The position numbers and the translations under genes are program-made. Positions 16,787-24,832 of a stretch of 64,000 bases of DNA are shown here, one piece after another (the stretch's first letter is position 1; each line of letters opens with the position of its first letter). Source of the DNA: Bacteroidota bacterium (GTDB taxonomy: Bacteria; Bacteroidota; Bacteroidia; UBA4408); NCBI GenBank assembly GCA_016721765.1, contig JADKHO010000002.1, positions 151,616 to 215,615 on the forward strand. Reading direction: 5' to 3'. The notes beneath the pieces are model-generated. The model was given only the letters and a program-made list of their open reading frames with translations. It did no database searches and was not told where the DNA came from.

Positions 16787-16870
16787 GGGCAATACCCGAT
16801 GAAAAATCGGGTCAGGCTTTCACCACTCGCTTCCGCCAGCCGGCGGAGAGCTCAAACAAAGGCTCAATCC
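16787..16870. other. GC-rich structured island of unknown nature
   Basis: Two hairpins, CCCGATGAAAAATCGGG and TCCGCCAGCCGGCGGA, sit in an otherwise AT-rich intergenic region. Confidence 0.3.
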
Positions 16871-17064
16871 TTATTGCATAACAGCATCCAAATAAATATA
16901 CTACACTTTTCAAAAATATTTTTCCTTACAATATCATTGATTCAAACAATAAATTGCAAACTCCAACAATTTGCTACTTTCTCGCATAGTAATACATAAG
17001 CATATAATTTTATATCTTTATCAAAATTAAATCAAACAACACCCCATTACCGCACAAATGTTTT

Positions 17065-17778
17065 ATGCCCCAACAGCAGTTTGAATTCAAACAGTTTAAA
17101 ATAAACCAAGATAAATGTGCCATGAAAGTAGGCACGGATGCAGTTTTGCTGGGCTCATGGGTGGATGCTGCTACTTCCACAACTATCTTAGATATCGGCA
17201 CCGGCACCGGAATAATTGCCCTCATGCTGGCACAAAAATCTACCGCTCAAATTCATGCCATCGATATTGATGATGCTGCCTTCTTGCAAGCACAAGAAAA
17301 CGTAAGCAACTGTAAATGGAAAGAACGCATACATGTTTACCATCAGTCCTTTCAAAACTTTTTTAAAAATCACGAAAAAAAATACGATTTAATCGTTAGT
17401 AATCCACCTTATTTTATCGACTCTTCCAAAGCTTCTGCAGAATCGCGCACCGCAGCCCGTCATACCGATTCTCTTGCTTTCGAAGACCTGCTTGAAGGCG
17501 TATTAAAACTGCTTTCAAAAAACGGAAAGTTTTGTGTGATACTTCCCAGCAAAGAAGCCGAAATATTTCGTGACTTAGCTAAAGAAAAAAAATTGCACGT
17601 CGATAAAATCTTGCGCGTGAAAACAAGAGCCGATAAAACCGAAAAACGATTGCTGATGCAATTCGAATTTAATCCAACCACCTTTTCCGAAAGCAGTATC
17701 ATTATTGAACAGGATGAGCGACATTCCTATTCAGAAGAATACAAACAACTGACAAAGGATTATTACCTTGCGTTTTAA
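17065..17778 (+). CDS. yfiC: tRNA1(Val) (adenine37-N6)-methyltransferase (YfiC/TrmN6-like)
   Basis: 237-aa ORF. FKQFKINQDKCAMKVGTDAVLLGSW N-terminus, DIGTGTGIIALMLAQ SAM motif, and NPPYF catalytic motif. Confidence 0.8.
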   Translation: MPQQQFEFKQFKINQDKCAMKVGTDAVLLGSWVDAATSTTILDIGTGTGIIALMLAQKSTAQIHAIDIDDAAFLQAQENVSNCKWKERIHVYHQSFQNFFKNHEKKYDLIVSNPPYFIDSSKASAESRTAARHTDSLAFEDLLEGVLKLLSKNGKFCVILPSKEAEIFRDLAKEKKLHVDKILRVKTRADKTEKRLLMQFEFNPTTFSESSIIIEQDERHSYSEEYKQLTKDYYLAF

Positions 17779-17820
17779 ATTTACTCCTATTTTTACACCC
17801 AATTTATAAGAAGAAAAAAG

Positions 17821-18789
17821 ATGAAGAAGATTGCTGTTTTTACCTCCGGTGGCGATTCCCCCGGAATGAACGCTTGTATTAGAGCGGTAGTGCGTACCGG
17901 TATATACCACAAATTATCCGTAATGGGAATCATGCATGGTTACGAAGGAATGATAGATGGAGAGTTTATTAACTTAGATACACGCAGCGTTGCCAACATT
18001 ATTCAACGCGGCGGCACCATCCTCAAAACTGCCCGAAGCAAACGATTCATGACCAAAGAAGGCATGAAAAAAGCTTACGATAATTTAGTAAAGCACGGCA
18101 TTCAAGGCATTGTTGCCATTGGAGGAAACGGAACGTTTACCGGCGCTGCCGAATTTAGCTCCATCTATAAAATGCCCTTTATCGGTATACCCGGCACAAT
18201 TGATAACGACCTAGCTGGAACCGATTTCACAATTGGATACGATACTGCCATCAACACTGTAATTAATGCAGTCGATAAAATTAGAGATACCGCCGAAAGT
18301 CACGACCGACTATTTTTTGTGGAAGTCATGGGTCGCGATGCCGGTCTAATTGCTTTAAACAGTGGAATTGGTGTAGGTGCCGAAAGTATTTTAATCCCCG
18401 AAACCAAAACCGATTTAAGCCACCTCATTGCGCGTTTGGAAAGAGGAAGAAAAAGCAAATCTTCCAAAATTATTATCGTTGCCGAAGGCGAAGAAGAAGG
18501 CGGAGCATTCGAAATTGCTCGAAAAGTAAAAGAGCGATTCAACCAATACGATACCCGTGTCTCCATTTTAGGCCACATGCAAAGAGGAGGAAGCCCTTCC
18601 TGCAACGATCGTGTGCTTGCCAGCCGTCTTGGTTTCATGGCTGTGGAAGCACTAATTTCAGGTAAAGACGGGCAAATGGTTGGAGTGATTAATAATGAAG
18701 TGGCATACACCCCCTTCAGTCAAGCAATTAAACACATAGAGGAAACCGACCAGGAAATTATGCGCATGATCGAAATTTTATCCTTGTAA
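17821..18789 (+). CDS. pfkA: ATP-dependent 6-phosphofructokinase
   Basis: 322-aa ORF. Motifs GGDSPGMNA, GGNGT, PGTIDND and MGR. Confidence 0.9.
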   Translation: MKKIAVFTSGGDSPGMNACIRAVVRTGIYHKLSVMGIMHGYEGMIDGEFINLDTRSVANIIQRGGTILKTARSKRFMTKEGMKKAYDNLVKHGIQGIVAIGGNGTFTGAAEFSSIYKMPFIGIPGTIDNDLAGTDFTIGYDTAINTVINAVDKIRDTAESHDRLFFVEVMGRDAGLIALNSGIGVGAESILIPETKTDLSHLIARLERGRKSKSSKIIIVAEGEEEGGAFEIARKVKERFNQYDTRVSILGHMQRGGSPSCNDRVLASRLGFMAVEALISGKDGQMVGVINNEVAYTPFSQAIKHIEETDQEIMRMIEILSL

Positions 18790-18791
18790 AA

Positions 18792-19157
18792 ATGCTCTCC
18801 TCCGAAACTTGTAAAGCCATTGCCACCCGCTGGATGAACGCATTTAATGCACACGATATAATAGAGCTCCTAAATCTCTACGACGAAAGTGCCGTGCACT
18901 ACAGCCCCAAATTACTCGAGCGAAAACCCGAAACAAAAGGACTTATAAAAGGAAAACCCGAATTGTACACCTGGTGGAAAGATGCCTTTGAACGCCTGCC
19001 AACACTAAGCTACAAACCAACCAAATTTATTGCCGAAGCCGACTGTATTTTTATGGAATACATCCGCAGCGTCGAAGGCGAAAAAGACCTAAAAGTAGGA
19101 GAGGTGCTCGAAATAAAAAACGACCGCATCATAGCTTCCCGGGTATATCACGGATAA
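18792..19157 (+). CDS. NTF2/SnoaL-like fold protein
   Basis: 121-aa ORF starting 2 nt after pfkA. IATRWMNAFNAHDIIELLNLYDESAV is a typical SnoaL-like start. Confidence 0.6.
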   Translation: MLSSETCKAIATRWMNAFNAHDIIELLNLYDESAVHYSPKLLERKPETKGLIKGKPELYTWWKDAFERLPTLSYKPTKFIAEADCIFMEYIRSVEGEKDLKVGEVLEIKNDRIIASRVYHG

Positions 19158-19194
19158 AAAAAAATCTCTGCCAATATAAGCAGAGATTTTTTTA
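19155..19194. terminator. bidirectional terminator
   Basis: Stem AAATCTCTG/CAGAGATTT with an A-run before and a T-run after. Confidence 0.6.
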
Positions 19195-19248
19195 TTAATA
19201 TTTCGCTTGAATTAAAGAAGTAATTAAATCAACAACATCAAGCAAAAA

Positions 19249-19303
19249 CCCTATGTGCACCCTATGTTCCCTATGCTCCTATGTGTTTCAAAAAAAACAC
19301 CCT
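19249..19303. repeat. short periodic CTATG repeats plus an AT hairpin
   Basis: CTATG occurs at 19251, 19262, 19271 and 19279, followed by GTGTTTCAAAAAAAACAC. Shares the 15-mer TGCTCCTATGTGTTT with 33270-33284. Confidence 0.7.
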
Positions 19304-19722
19304 TAAAAACGCTCCAATTTCGAGAAAAAGAAATCACCCTCAATCTGAGCATTCTCATCGCTATCCGAACCATGCACCGCATTAGCAGCAATCGATTCAG
19401 CATATATTTTACGAATAGTACCCTCTGCAGCATCTTTAGGATTAGTAGCACCAATTAAAGTTCTGAAATCAGCAACTGCATTGTCCTTCTCTAATATAGC
19501 AGCAACAATTGGCCCCGAAGACATGTAATCCACCAATTCCCCATAAAAAGGACGGGCTTTGTGCACTTCATAAAACTTACCGGCCGCATCCTTACTCAAT
19601 TGCGTGTATTTCATGGCAATTATTTTAAAACCACCATCGTTAATCATTTTTAAAATCCCGCCAATATAATTCTTTGCTGTGGCGTCAGGCTTAATCATTG
19701 TAAACGTTCTATTTGTTGACAT
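19303..19722 (-). CDS. ndk: nucleoside-diphosphate kinase
   Basis: 139-aa ORF with TFTMIKPD and NAVHGSDS motifs. Confidence 0.9.
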   Translation of the reverse strand: MSTNRTFTMIKPDATAKNYIGGILKMINDGGFKIIAMKYTQLSKDAAGKFYEVHKARPFYGELVDYMSSGPIVAAILEKDNAVADFRTLIGATNPKDAAEGTIRKIYAESIAANAVHGSDSDENAQIEGDFFFSKLERF

Positions 19723-19819
19723 TGTTTTTTTAGTTTAATTTTTCGAGCCGCAAAACTATAAAAATTCGCCCAATTCTGCCCCCTCATTTTTATTCTTATT
19801 TTTGAAGAAAATTAAATGT

Positions 19820-20857
19820 ATGCTCAGCCCGCTAGAATTAGGTAGATTAAAGGAAGTCCTTCGCAAGAAGAAAGATATTGTTATAACCACCCACCTCAAT
19901 CCCGATGGAGATGCCATTGGTTCCTCATTAGGACTATATAATTTTTTGTTAGCCAAAGGACACAAAGTAACGGTTATCCCACCCAACGATTATCCCGAGT
20001 TTTTATCCTGGATGGAAGGCTGCGACAAAATAATTCCTTACGATAAGAATGTTAAGAAATGCGCCAAACTCATTGCTTCCGCAGATATTATTTTCTGCCT
20101 CGATTACAATGCCTTGTCGCGCATCGACAAAATGGAAGAAGCTGTTAGCACTGCAAAAGGCTTTAAAATACTGGTGGATCACCACCTCTTTCCACAAAAA
20201 TTTGCCGATATTAATTTCTCCGATACAAGTGCCTGTTCCACCTGTCAACTCATCTTCGAACTAATCGATGGGATAGGAGAGAAGGACATGCTCACCAAAG
20301 ATATCAGCAATTGCTTGTATACCGGCATCATGACCGACACCGGTTCATTTCGTTTCGATGCTACCACTGCCGATACACATCGCATAGTGGCAGAATTGCT
20401 AGAAGCCGGAGCCCAAAAAACATTCATTCACGAGCAAGTCTACGATACCAATTCCGAAAACCGGATGAAGCTGCTTGGTCATGCACTGGCTCATAAACTC
20501 ACGGTTTTAGAGGATTTCAAAACGGCTTTTATCAGCCTAAGCGCCGAAGAACTGGAGCGCTTCCACCACCAAAAAGGCGATACCGAAGGCTTTGTTAACT
20601 ATGCCCTCTCGGTTAATAAAGTAAAATTTGCAGCTATTTTTATTGAGCGCGACGACATCGTAAAAATATCATTCCGCTCCAAAGGTAATTTTGACGCGAA
20701 CACATTTGCACGCGAAAATTTTGAAGGTGGCGGTCACTTTAATGCCGCAGGCGCGCATTCCGACTTATCACTAGATGAAACACTGCTTAAATTTGTAGGA
20801 CTCCTGCCAAAATACAAAGCACAACTCCTCTCAAACGAATCAAAACCCAAATCCTAA
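19820..20857 (+). CDS. nrnA: DHH/DHHA1 phosphoesterase (NrnA-like oligoribonuclease/pAp phosphatase)
   Basis: Motifs HLNPDGDAIGS, VDHH and GGGH. The track ORF starts at TTG 19802, and ATG 19820 is preferred. Confidence 0.75.
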   Translation: MLSPLELGRLKEVLRKKKDIVITTHLNPDGDAIGSSLGLYNFLLAKGHKVTVIPPNDYPEFLSWMEGCDKIIPYDKNVKKCAKLIASADIIFCLDYNALSRIDKMEEAVSTAKGFKILVDHHLFPQKFADINFSDTSACSTCQLIFELIDGIGEKDMLTKDISNCLYTGIMTDTGSFRFDATTADTHRIVAELLEAGAQKTFIHEQVYDTNSENRMKLLGHALAHKLTVLEDFKTAFISLSAEELERFHHQKGDTEGFVNYALSVNKVKFAAIFIERDDIVKISFRSKGNFDANTFARENFEGGGHFNAAGAHSDLSLDETLLKFVGLLPKYKAQLLSNESKPKS

Positions 20858-20877
20858 TCACCAAGCCCTAAACAAAA

Positions 20878-20945
20878 AGTCACAAATCCAAACTCCTTAA
20901 TCCTAAATCCGAATTCCCAAATCCTTAATCCTTAATCCCTTCACA
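20878..20945. repeat. low-complexity AATCC/TAATCC repeats
   Basis: The sequence is TCCAAACTCCTTAATCCTAAATCCGAATTCCCAAATCCTTAATCCTTAATCCC, between convergent genes. Confidence 0.6.
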
Positions 20946-21551
20946 CTAAATCCTAAACTTCACACCAATCCCATTACTACTCAAGTTTACCTTATCCAAA
21001 AAACGATACAATTTCTTATTGCCATGGTTATTTTCCACAGCAAACATAACAGCATCAAAACACATTAAAAACGCGCCTTGCAGCATTATCGATTGCCCAT
21101 AACCCTTGTAAACAGCCGATTTACTTTCTTGATTTTTGGCACGTTCGGTCAAATATAAACCAGCCGTTATATATGCTGCATCCAATGCAGCATTTGCCAA
21201 AAAAGTTTTTTCAATCGATTGCTGTTGCTTGAAACTTTTTTTCAAATCATAACTTTTCTTGTCGTTCACTGCCCCCAAATAACCGGTGGCAGCAAGCACC
21301 AAGTTTATTCCACCCCACATCATGTTCATTTTGTGAAAATTTTTATCCACTTCTGCATGTGTAGTGCTAAACCCATAAGCACCTGCAGCCACATTGGCTA
21401 AACTCCAAGCAGCAAGCACGGTCATGCCTTTTTTACTGATGTTGATACGCTCTTTGTTAAATTCATTCAACTCATCCACAGTTTGGGAGTTGGCAATGTT
21501 GCCAAGTGAAAGCAGGCATAGAGCAAGAAGTAAATTTTTTATTTTCATCAT
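20946..21551 (-). CDS. hypothetical membrane protein with signal peptide
   Basis: 201-aa ORF. Signal peptide plus about four hydrophobic helices. Confidence 0.55.
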   Translation of the reverse strand: MMKIKNLLLALCLLSLGNIANSQTVDELNEFNKERINISKKGMTVLAAWSLANVAAGAYGFSTTHAEVDKNFHKMNMMWGGINLVLAATGYLGAVNDKKSYDLKKSFKQQQSIEKTFLANAALDAAYITAGLYLTERAKNQESKSAVYKGYGQSIMLQGAFLMCFDAVMFAVENNHGNKKLYRFLDKVNLSSNGIGVKFRI

Positions 21552-21552
21552 A

Positions 21553-22065
21553 CTAAAGGTATTTCTTTAATGCATTAAAAGCAATTGGAAACCAAACAGA
21601 AAAAGCAGCACTATTGTTTTCAATTTCAGCAGCAATGGCTGGTATGGTGGCATAGCGCCATTCACTAACTTCGTGTGTATCAATTACCGGCAAACAATCA
21701 CTATAACCAACATACACATGGTCAATTTCATGTTCAATTAAATCGTTTTCTAATTCGGTTTTATAATGAAAGGAGAATTTAAATTCCAGTGTACAATCAA
21801 ATCCCATTTCCTCTTGCAACCTACGGTGAACTGCTGTTTCTAAGCTTTCGAATGGGCGTGGATGACTGCAACAGCTATTTGACCATTTGCCTTTTGAATG
21901 GTATTTTAATTCCGAACGCTTTTGTAATAAAAGTTCGTTCTTTGAATTTAAGATGAAGATAGAAAAAGCACGGTGCAATTCACCTTTAAGATGCGCTTCC
22001 ACTTTATCCATTGTTCCTTGTTCACAGTCATTAACATCAACAAGTATAACGTGGTTGCTGAGCAT
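21553..22065 (-). CDS. idi: isopentenyl-diphosphate delta-isomerase, type 1 (Nudix)
   Basis: 170-aa ORF with HRAFSIFI, LLLQKRS..K and WSNSCCSHP motifs. Confidence 0.8.
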   Translation of the reverse strand: MLSNHVILVDVNDCEQGTMDKVEAHLKGELHRAFSIFILNSKNELLLQKRSELKYHSKGKWSNSCCSHPRPFESLETAVHRRLQEEMGFDCTLEFKFSFHYKTELENDLIEHEIDHVYVGYSDCLPVIDTHEVSEWRYATIPAIAAEIENNSAAFSVWFPIAFNALKKYL

Positions 22066-22070
22066 AGTAT

Positions 22071-22565
22071 TTATTTTGGCGGACTAACAGGCATCGTATC
22101 AAGGGTTGCCATAAATTCCGAAATGGATTTTTTTAAATTTTCGTTCTTAACTTTTTCAATATTCTGAACAATAAACTCCTTATCACTCTTTATATTGCCA
22201 TTGTAGCGCAAAGCGGATGGAGTGTGCAGTTGAATACTCAAACGTAAAAATCGCAATTCTATATTCTCTAAATCATTTAGTATAGATTCATCCAATTTGC
22301 GTTTCCCTTCCTTGAAAAATTTTAACTTTTTAGGTGCTTCCTTCTCATGCTTGGCCATTTCGGCCATTACAGCGCCTTTATACCCCAACAACAAATTCTG
22401 ATTCTTCTCATCAATTTGTGCAAGCATATCGTAAAGTTTCTTACATACTTCCTTATTGGTTCCCGATTTTGGATAAAGCTTACGCGCTTCTTCCACCTTA
22501 GCGTTTTGCGCAAAGCTGCAGGTAACCTGTATCAAAATAAAAACAATAATCAGAACTTTTCTCAT
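22071..22565 (-). CDS. secreted hypothetical protein
   Basis: 164-aa ORF. Signal peptide MRKVLIIVFILIQVTCSFAQ. Helical, K/E-rich. Confidence 0.55.
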   Translation of the reverse strand: MRKVLIIVFILIQVTCSFAQNAKVEEARKLYPKSGTNKEVCKKLYDMLAQIDEKNQNLLLGYKGAVMAEMAKHEKEAPKKLKFFKEGKRKLDESILNDLENIELRFLRLSIQLHTPSALRYNGNIKSDKEFIVQNIEKVKNENLKKSISEFMATLDTMPVSPPK

Positions 22566-22619
22566 GTAGTAAAGGAGAGTACAAATTTAATGAAAAAATG
22601 CTCGCTGTCAACAACAAAT

Positions 22620-22651
22620 TATCCACCGCCGGCGGGGGCAGGGGATGGTAA
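22620..22651 (+). repeat. GC-rich palindromic element, copy 1 (diverged)
   Basis: The sequence is TATCCACCGCCGGCGGGGGCAGGGGATGGTAA. The family consensus is TATCCCCCGCCGGCGGGGGCAGGGGGTGGTTAAC. Confidence 0.8.
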
Positions 22652-22677
22652 ATTGATGCGCCTTTTCAATAAAAAAA

Positions 22678-23670
22678 TTAAAACTCCGCCTGCCTTGGCT
22701 TATTATTCAAAATCCCTTCAATTGTCAAAAGCACTTCATCTGTCAACAAGGGCAATACTTCTAACGAGGTAAGCGTTTCCTTCAATTGCTCAGGTTTTGA
22801 AGCTCCCAAAATTGCCGTACTCACATGCTTGTTTTTTAAAACCCATGCAATTGCTAGTTTGGGAAGTGATACCCCCAATTTAGTGGCCAACACTTTCATT
22901 TTTTCAGCCTTTTCCAAGTGGTTTTCAATCAACACCTTTTTCTTAAGCCACTCCATGCCATCCATTTCAAGCCGCGTATTCTTAGGCTTATTTTTAATAC
23001 TGTATTTTCCGGTCAAAGCCCCCGATGCAAGCGGACTCCAAATGGTGGTGCCCAAGCCATGATGCGTAAATAAATGAATGAATTCTTTCTCCATTTTCTC
23101 CCGCTGAAACATATTGTATTCAGGCTGTTCCATAGTGGGGGGAATCAAATTATATTTTTGAGCCACCATAAAGGCTTCCATCAATTCATTACCACTCCAT
23201 TCCGAAGTTCCCCAATACAATATTTTTCCTTGTCGTATCAAGTCATTCATGGCCCATACCGTTTCCTCCATAGGCGTATTCTTATCCGGTCGGTGACAAA
23301 AAAACAAGTCAATATATTCCGCTTGTAAACGGGTTAATGCGTCATTGCATCCTTCAATCACATGTTTTCGCGACAATCCGCGTTGATTCGGTTTGGATTT
23401 AGCACCGCGATATCCAAAATAAACTTTGCTCGAAATAAGGTACGAGCTCCGTTCCCATTTTTTCTTTTTTAATATTTTACCCATTACAATTTCGCTCTCT
23501 CCATTGGCATAAATTTCAGCATTGTCATAAAAATTTACACCCGCATCGTATGCCATGTCCATTAATCGCTCGGCTGTTTTATTCTCAATTTGCTTTCCAA
23601 ATGTCAGCCAACTGCCTAAGGAGAGCGCACTTACTTGTAATCCTGATTTACCTAATCTTCTGTATTCCAT
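22678..23670 (-). CDS. aldo/keto reductase (Kv-beta-like subfamily)
   Basis: 330-aa ORF. MEYRRLGKSGLQVSALSLGSW start and YIDLFFCHRPD motif. Confidence 0.85.
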   Translation of the reverse strand: MEYRRLGKSGLQVSALSLGSWLTFGKQIENKTAERLMDMAYDAGVNFYDNAEIYANGESEIVMGKILKKKKWERSSYLISSKVYFGYRGAKSKPNQRGLSRKHVIEGCNDALTRLQAEYIDLFFCHRPDKNTPMEETVWAMNDLIRQGKILYWGTSEWSGNELMEAFMVAQKYNLIPPTMEQPEYNMFQREKMEKEFIHLFTHHGLGTTIWSPLASGALTGKYSIKNKPKNTRLEMDGMEWLKKKVLIENHLEKAEKMKVLATKLGVSLPKLAIAWVLKNKHVSTAILGASKPEQLKETLTSLEVLPLLTDEVLLTIEGILNNKPRQAEF

Positions 23671-23762
23671 TTTGTATTTTTATTTGGCTCAAATATACCG
23701 CTTATTGTGCCTTTATGACACCTTTATTTAACTGGTATAAGAATTGAATTCCTTTTCGCACA

Positions 23763-24479
23763 ATGAGTTTATCTGCCTCCGAAAAAAGCAAACGATTTCA
23801 CACCTGGTTCTTTCCAATCAGCTTTGTGTTCTTGCTTTGGATTGTGAAATTAGTTGAAGAGGTGTTTCATATCGAGCTCTTTACCTTCGGACTTTACCCC
23901 CGCGAAATTAAAGGTATTACCGGCGTTTTTATGGCGCCATTATTACATGCCGATTTTGGGCACTTGTTTTCTAATACGGTGCCACTGCTTGTGCTTGGTG
24001 CCGGACTTTTTTATTTCTACCGCCAAATCGGGTACAAAGCTTTCTTTTCTATTTACCTCATAACAGGTTTATGGGTATGGGTTTCTGCCCGCCCAAGCTA
24101 TCACATCGGTGCAAGTGGTGTGGTGTATGGCTTGGCTTCCTTTCTCTTTTTTAGCGGATTAATAAGAGGACATAAATACCTTATGGCATTTTCTCTTTTC
24201 GTTGTGTTCCTTTATGGAAGCCTCATTTGGGGAGTACTACCTTTACAAATAGGCATTTCTTGGGAAAGTCACCTAATGGGAGCCGCAGCAGGATTATTGT
24301 GCAGCTTTTACTTTCGTAAGATAGGTTTACAAAAAGAAGAATTCGTTTGGGAAGAAGATACCAATGAAGAAGATGAAAACGCTCCTTGGCAAAATCCGGA
24401 TGAAGAACCCCAAAAAATTGATGAAACTTCCCCAAATCCAATTGCTATTAACTACATCTTTAAAGAAAAAGGAGATTAA
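23763..24479 (+). CDS. rhomboid-family intramembrane serine protease
   Basis: 238-aa ORF. HADFGHLFSN and GASGVVYGL (catalytic Ser) motifs, six TM helices, acidic C-terminal tail. Confidence 0.8.
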   Translation: MSLSASEKSKRFHTWFFPISFVFLLWIVKLVEEVFHIELFTFGLYPREIKGITGVFMAPLLHADFGHLFSNTVPLLVLGAGLFYFYRQIGYKAFFSIYLITGLWVWVSARPSYHIGASGVVYGLASFLFFSGLIRGHKYLMAFSLFVVFLYGSLIWGVLPLQIGISWESHLMGAAAGLLCSFYFRKIGLQKEEFVWEEDTNEEDENAPWQNPDEEPQKIDETSPNPIAINYIFKEKGD

Positions 24480-24487
24480 ATTAATAT

Positions 24488-24821
24488 GTAAATCTTAAAA
24501 AAATCATAATCATCTTAATAAATCAGCGTTCCTTACCACCCCCTGCCCCCGCCGGCGGGGGATATTAAAATCCGCTTCATACGCCTAATCCGTGTTCCAT
24601 AAAAATCATGAATCAAAAAAGCTTCTCTAAATTTCGAAGGTGTCTAAATCTTAAATAAATCATAATCATCTTAATAAATCTGCGTTCATTTCTTTTATAC
24701 CAATCCGCTACATCCGCCCAAGCCGCGTTCCATAAAAATCACTAATCAAAAAACGCTTCTCTAAATTCCGAACGTGTCAAAATCTTAAAAAAATCATAAT
24801 CATCTTAATAAATCAGCGTTC
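24488..24821. repeat. ~134-bp tandem repeat, about 2.3 copies (modules A-B-A-B-A)
   Basis: Module A (AAATCTTAAAAAAATCATAATCATCTTAATAAATCAGCGTTCC) lies at about 24488, 24641 and 24775. Module B (AATCCGCT.CAT.CGCC.AA.CCG.GTTCCATAAAAATCA...) lies at about 24569 and 24702. Confidence 0.85.
24533..24564 (-). repeat. GC-rich palindromic element, copy 2 (inverted orientation), inserted in the tandem repeat
   Basis: The plus strand reads TTACCACCCCCTGCCCCCGCCGGCGGGGGATA. The paralogous repeat copy has ATTTCTTTTATACC at the same junction. Confidence 0.8.
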
Positions 24822-24832
24822 CATTAATTCCT

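Noticed and set aside
16800-16850. SRP (4.5S) RNA, because of GGUCAGG and CAGCC strings
   Set aside because: The conserved domain-IV context (GGAA tetraloop with the flanking AGCA/GGAAG symmetric loop) is absent. The surrounding helices do not match an SRP fold.
16772-16999. 75-aa ORF MSIFFGQYPMKNRVRLSPLASASRRRAQ...
   Set aside because: The Arg/Ala/Ser-rich start is just the translation of the GC-rich hairpin island. The rest is AT-rich junk with no start signal.
22347-22772. 141-aa plus-strand ORF
   Set aside because: It is antisense to a credible secreted-protein gene, crosses an intergenic GC-rich element, and runs into the antisense of the aldo/keto reductase. No motifs.
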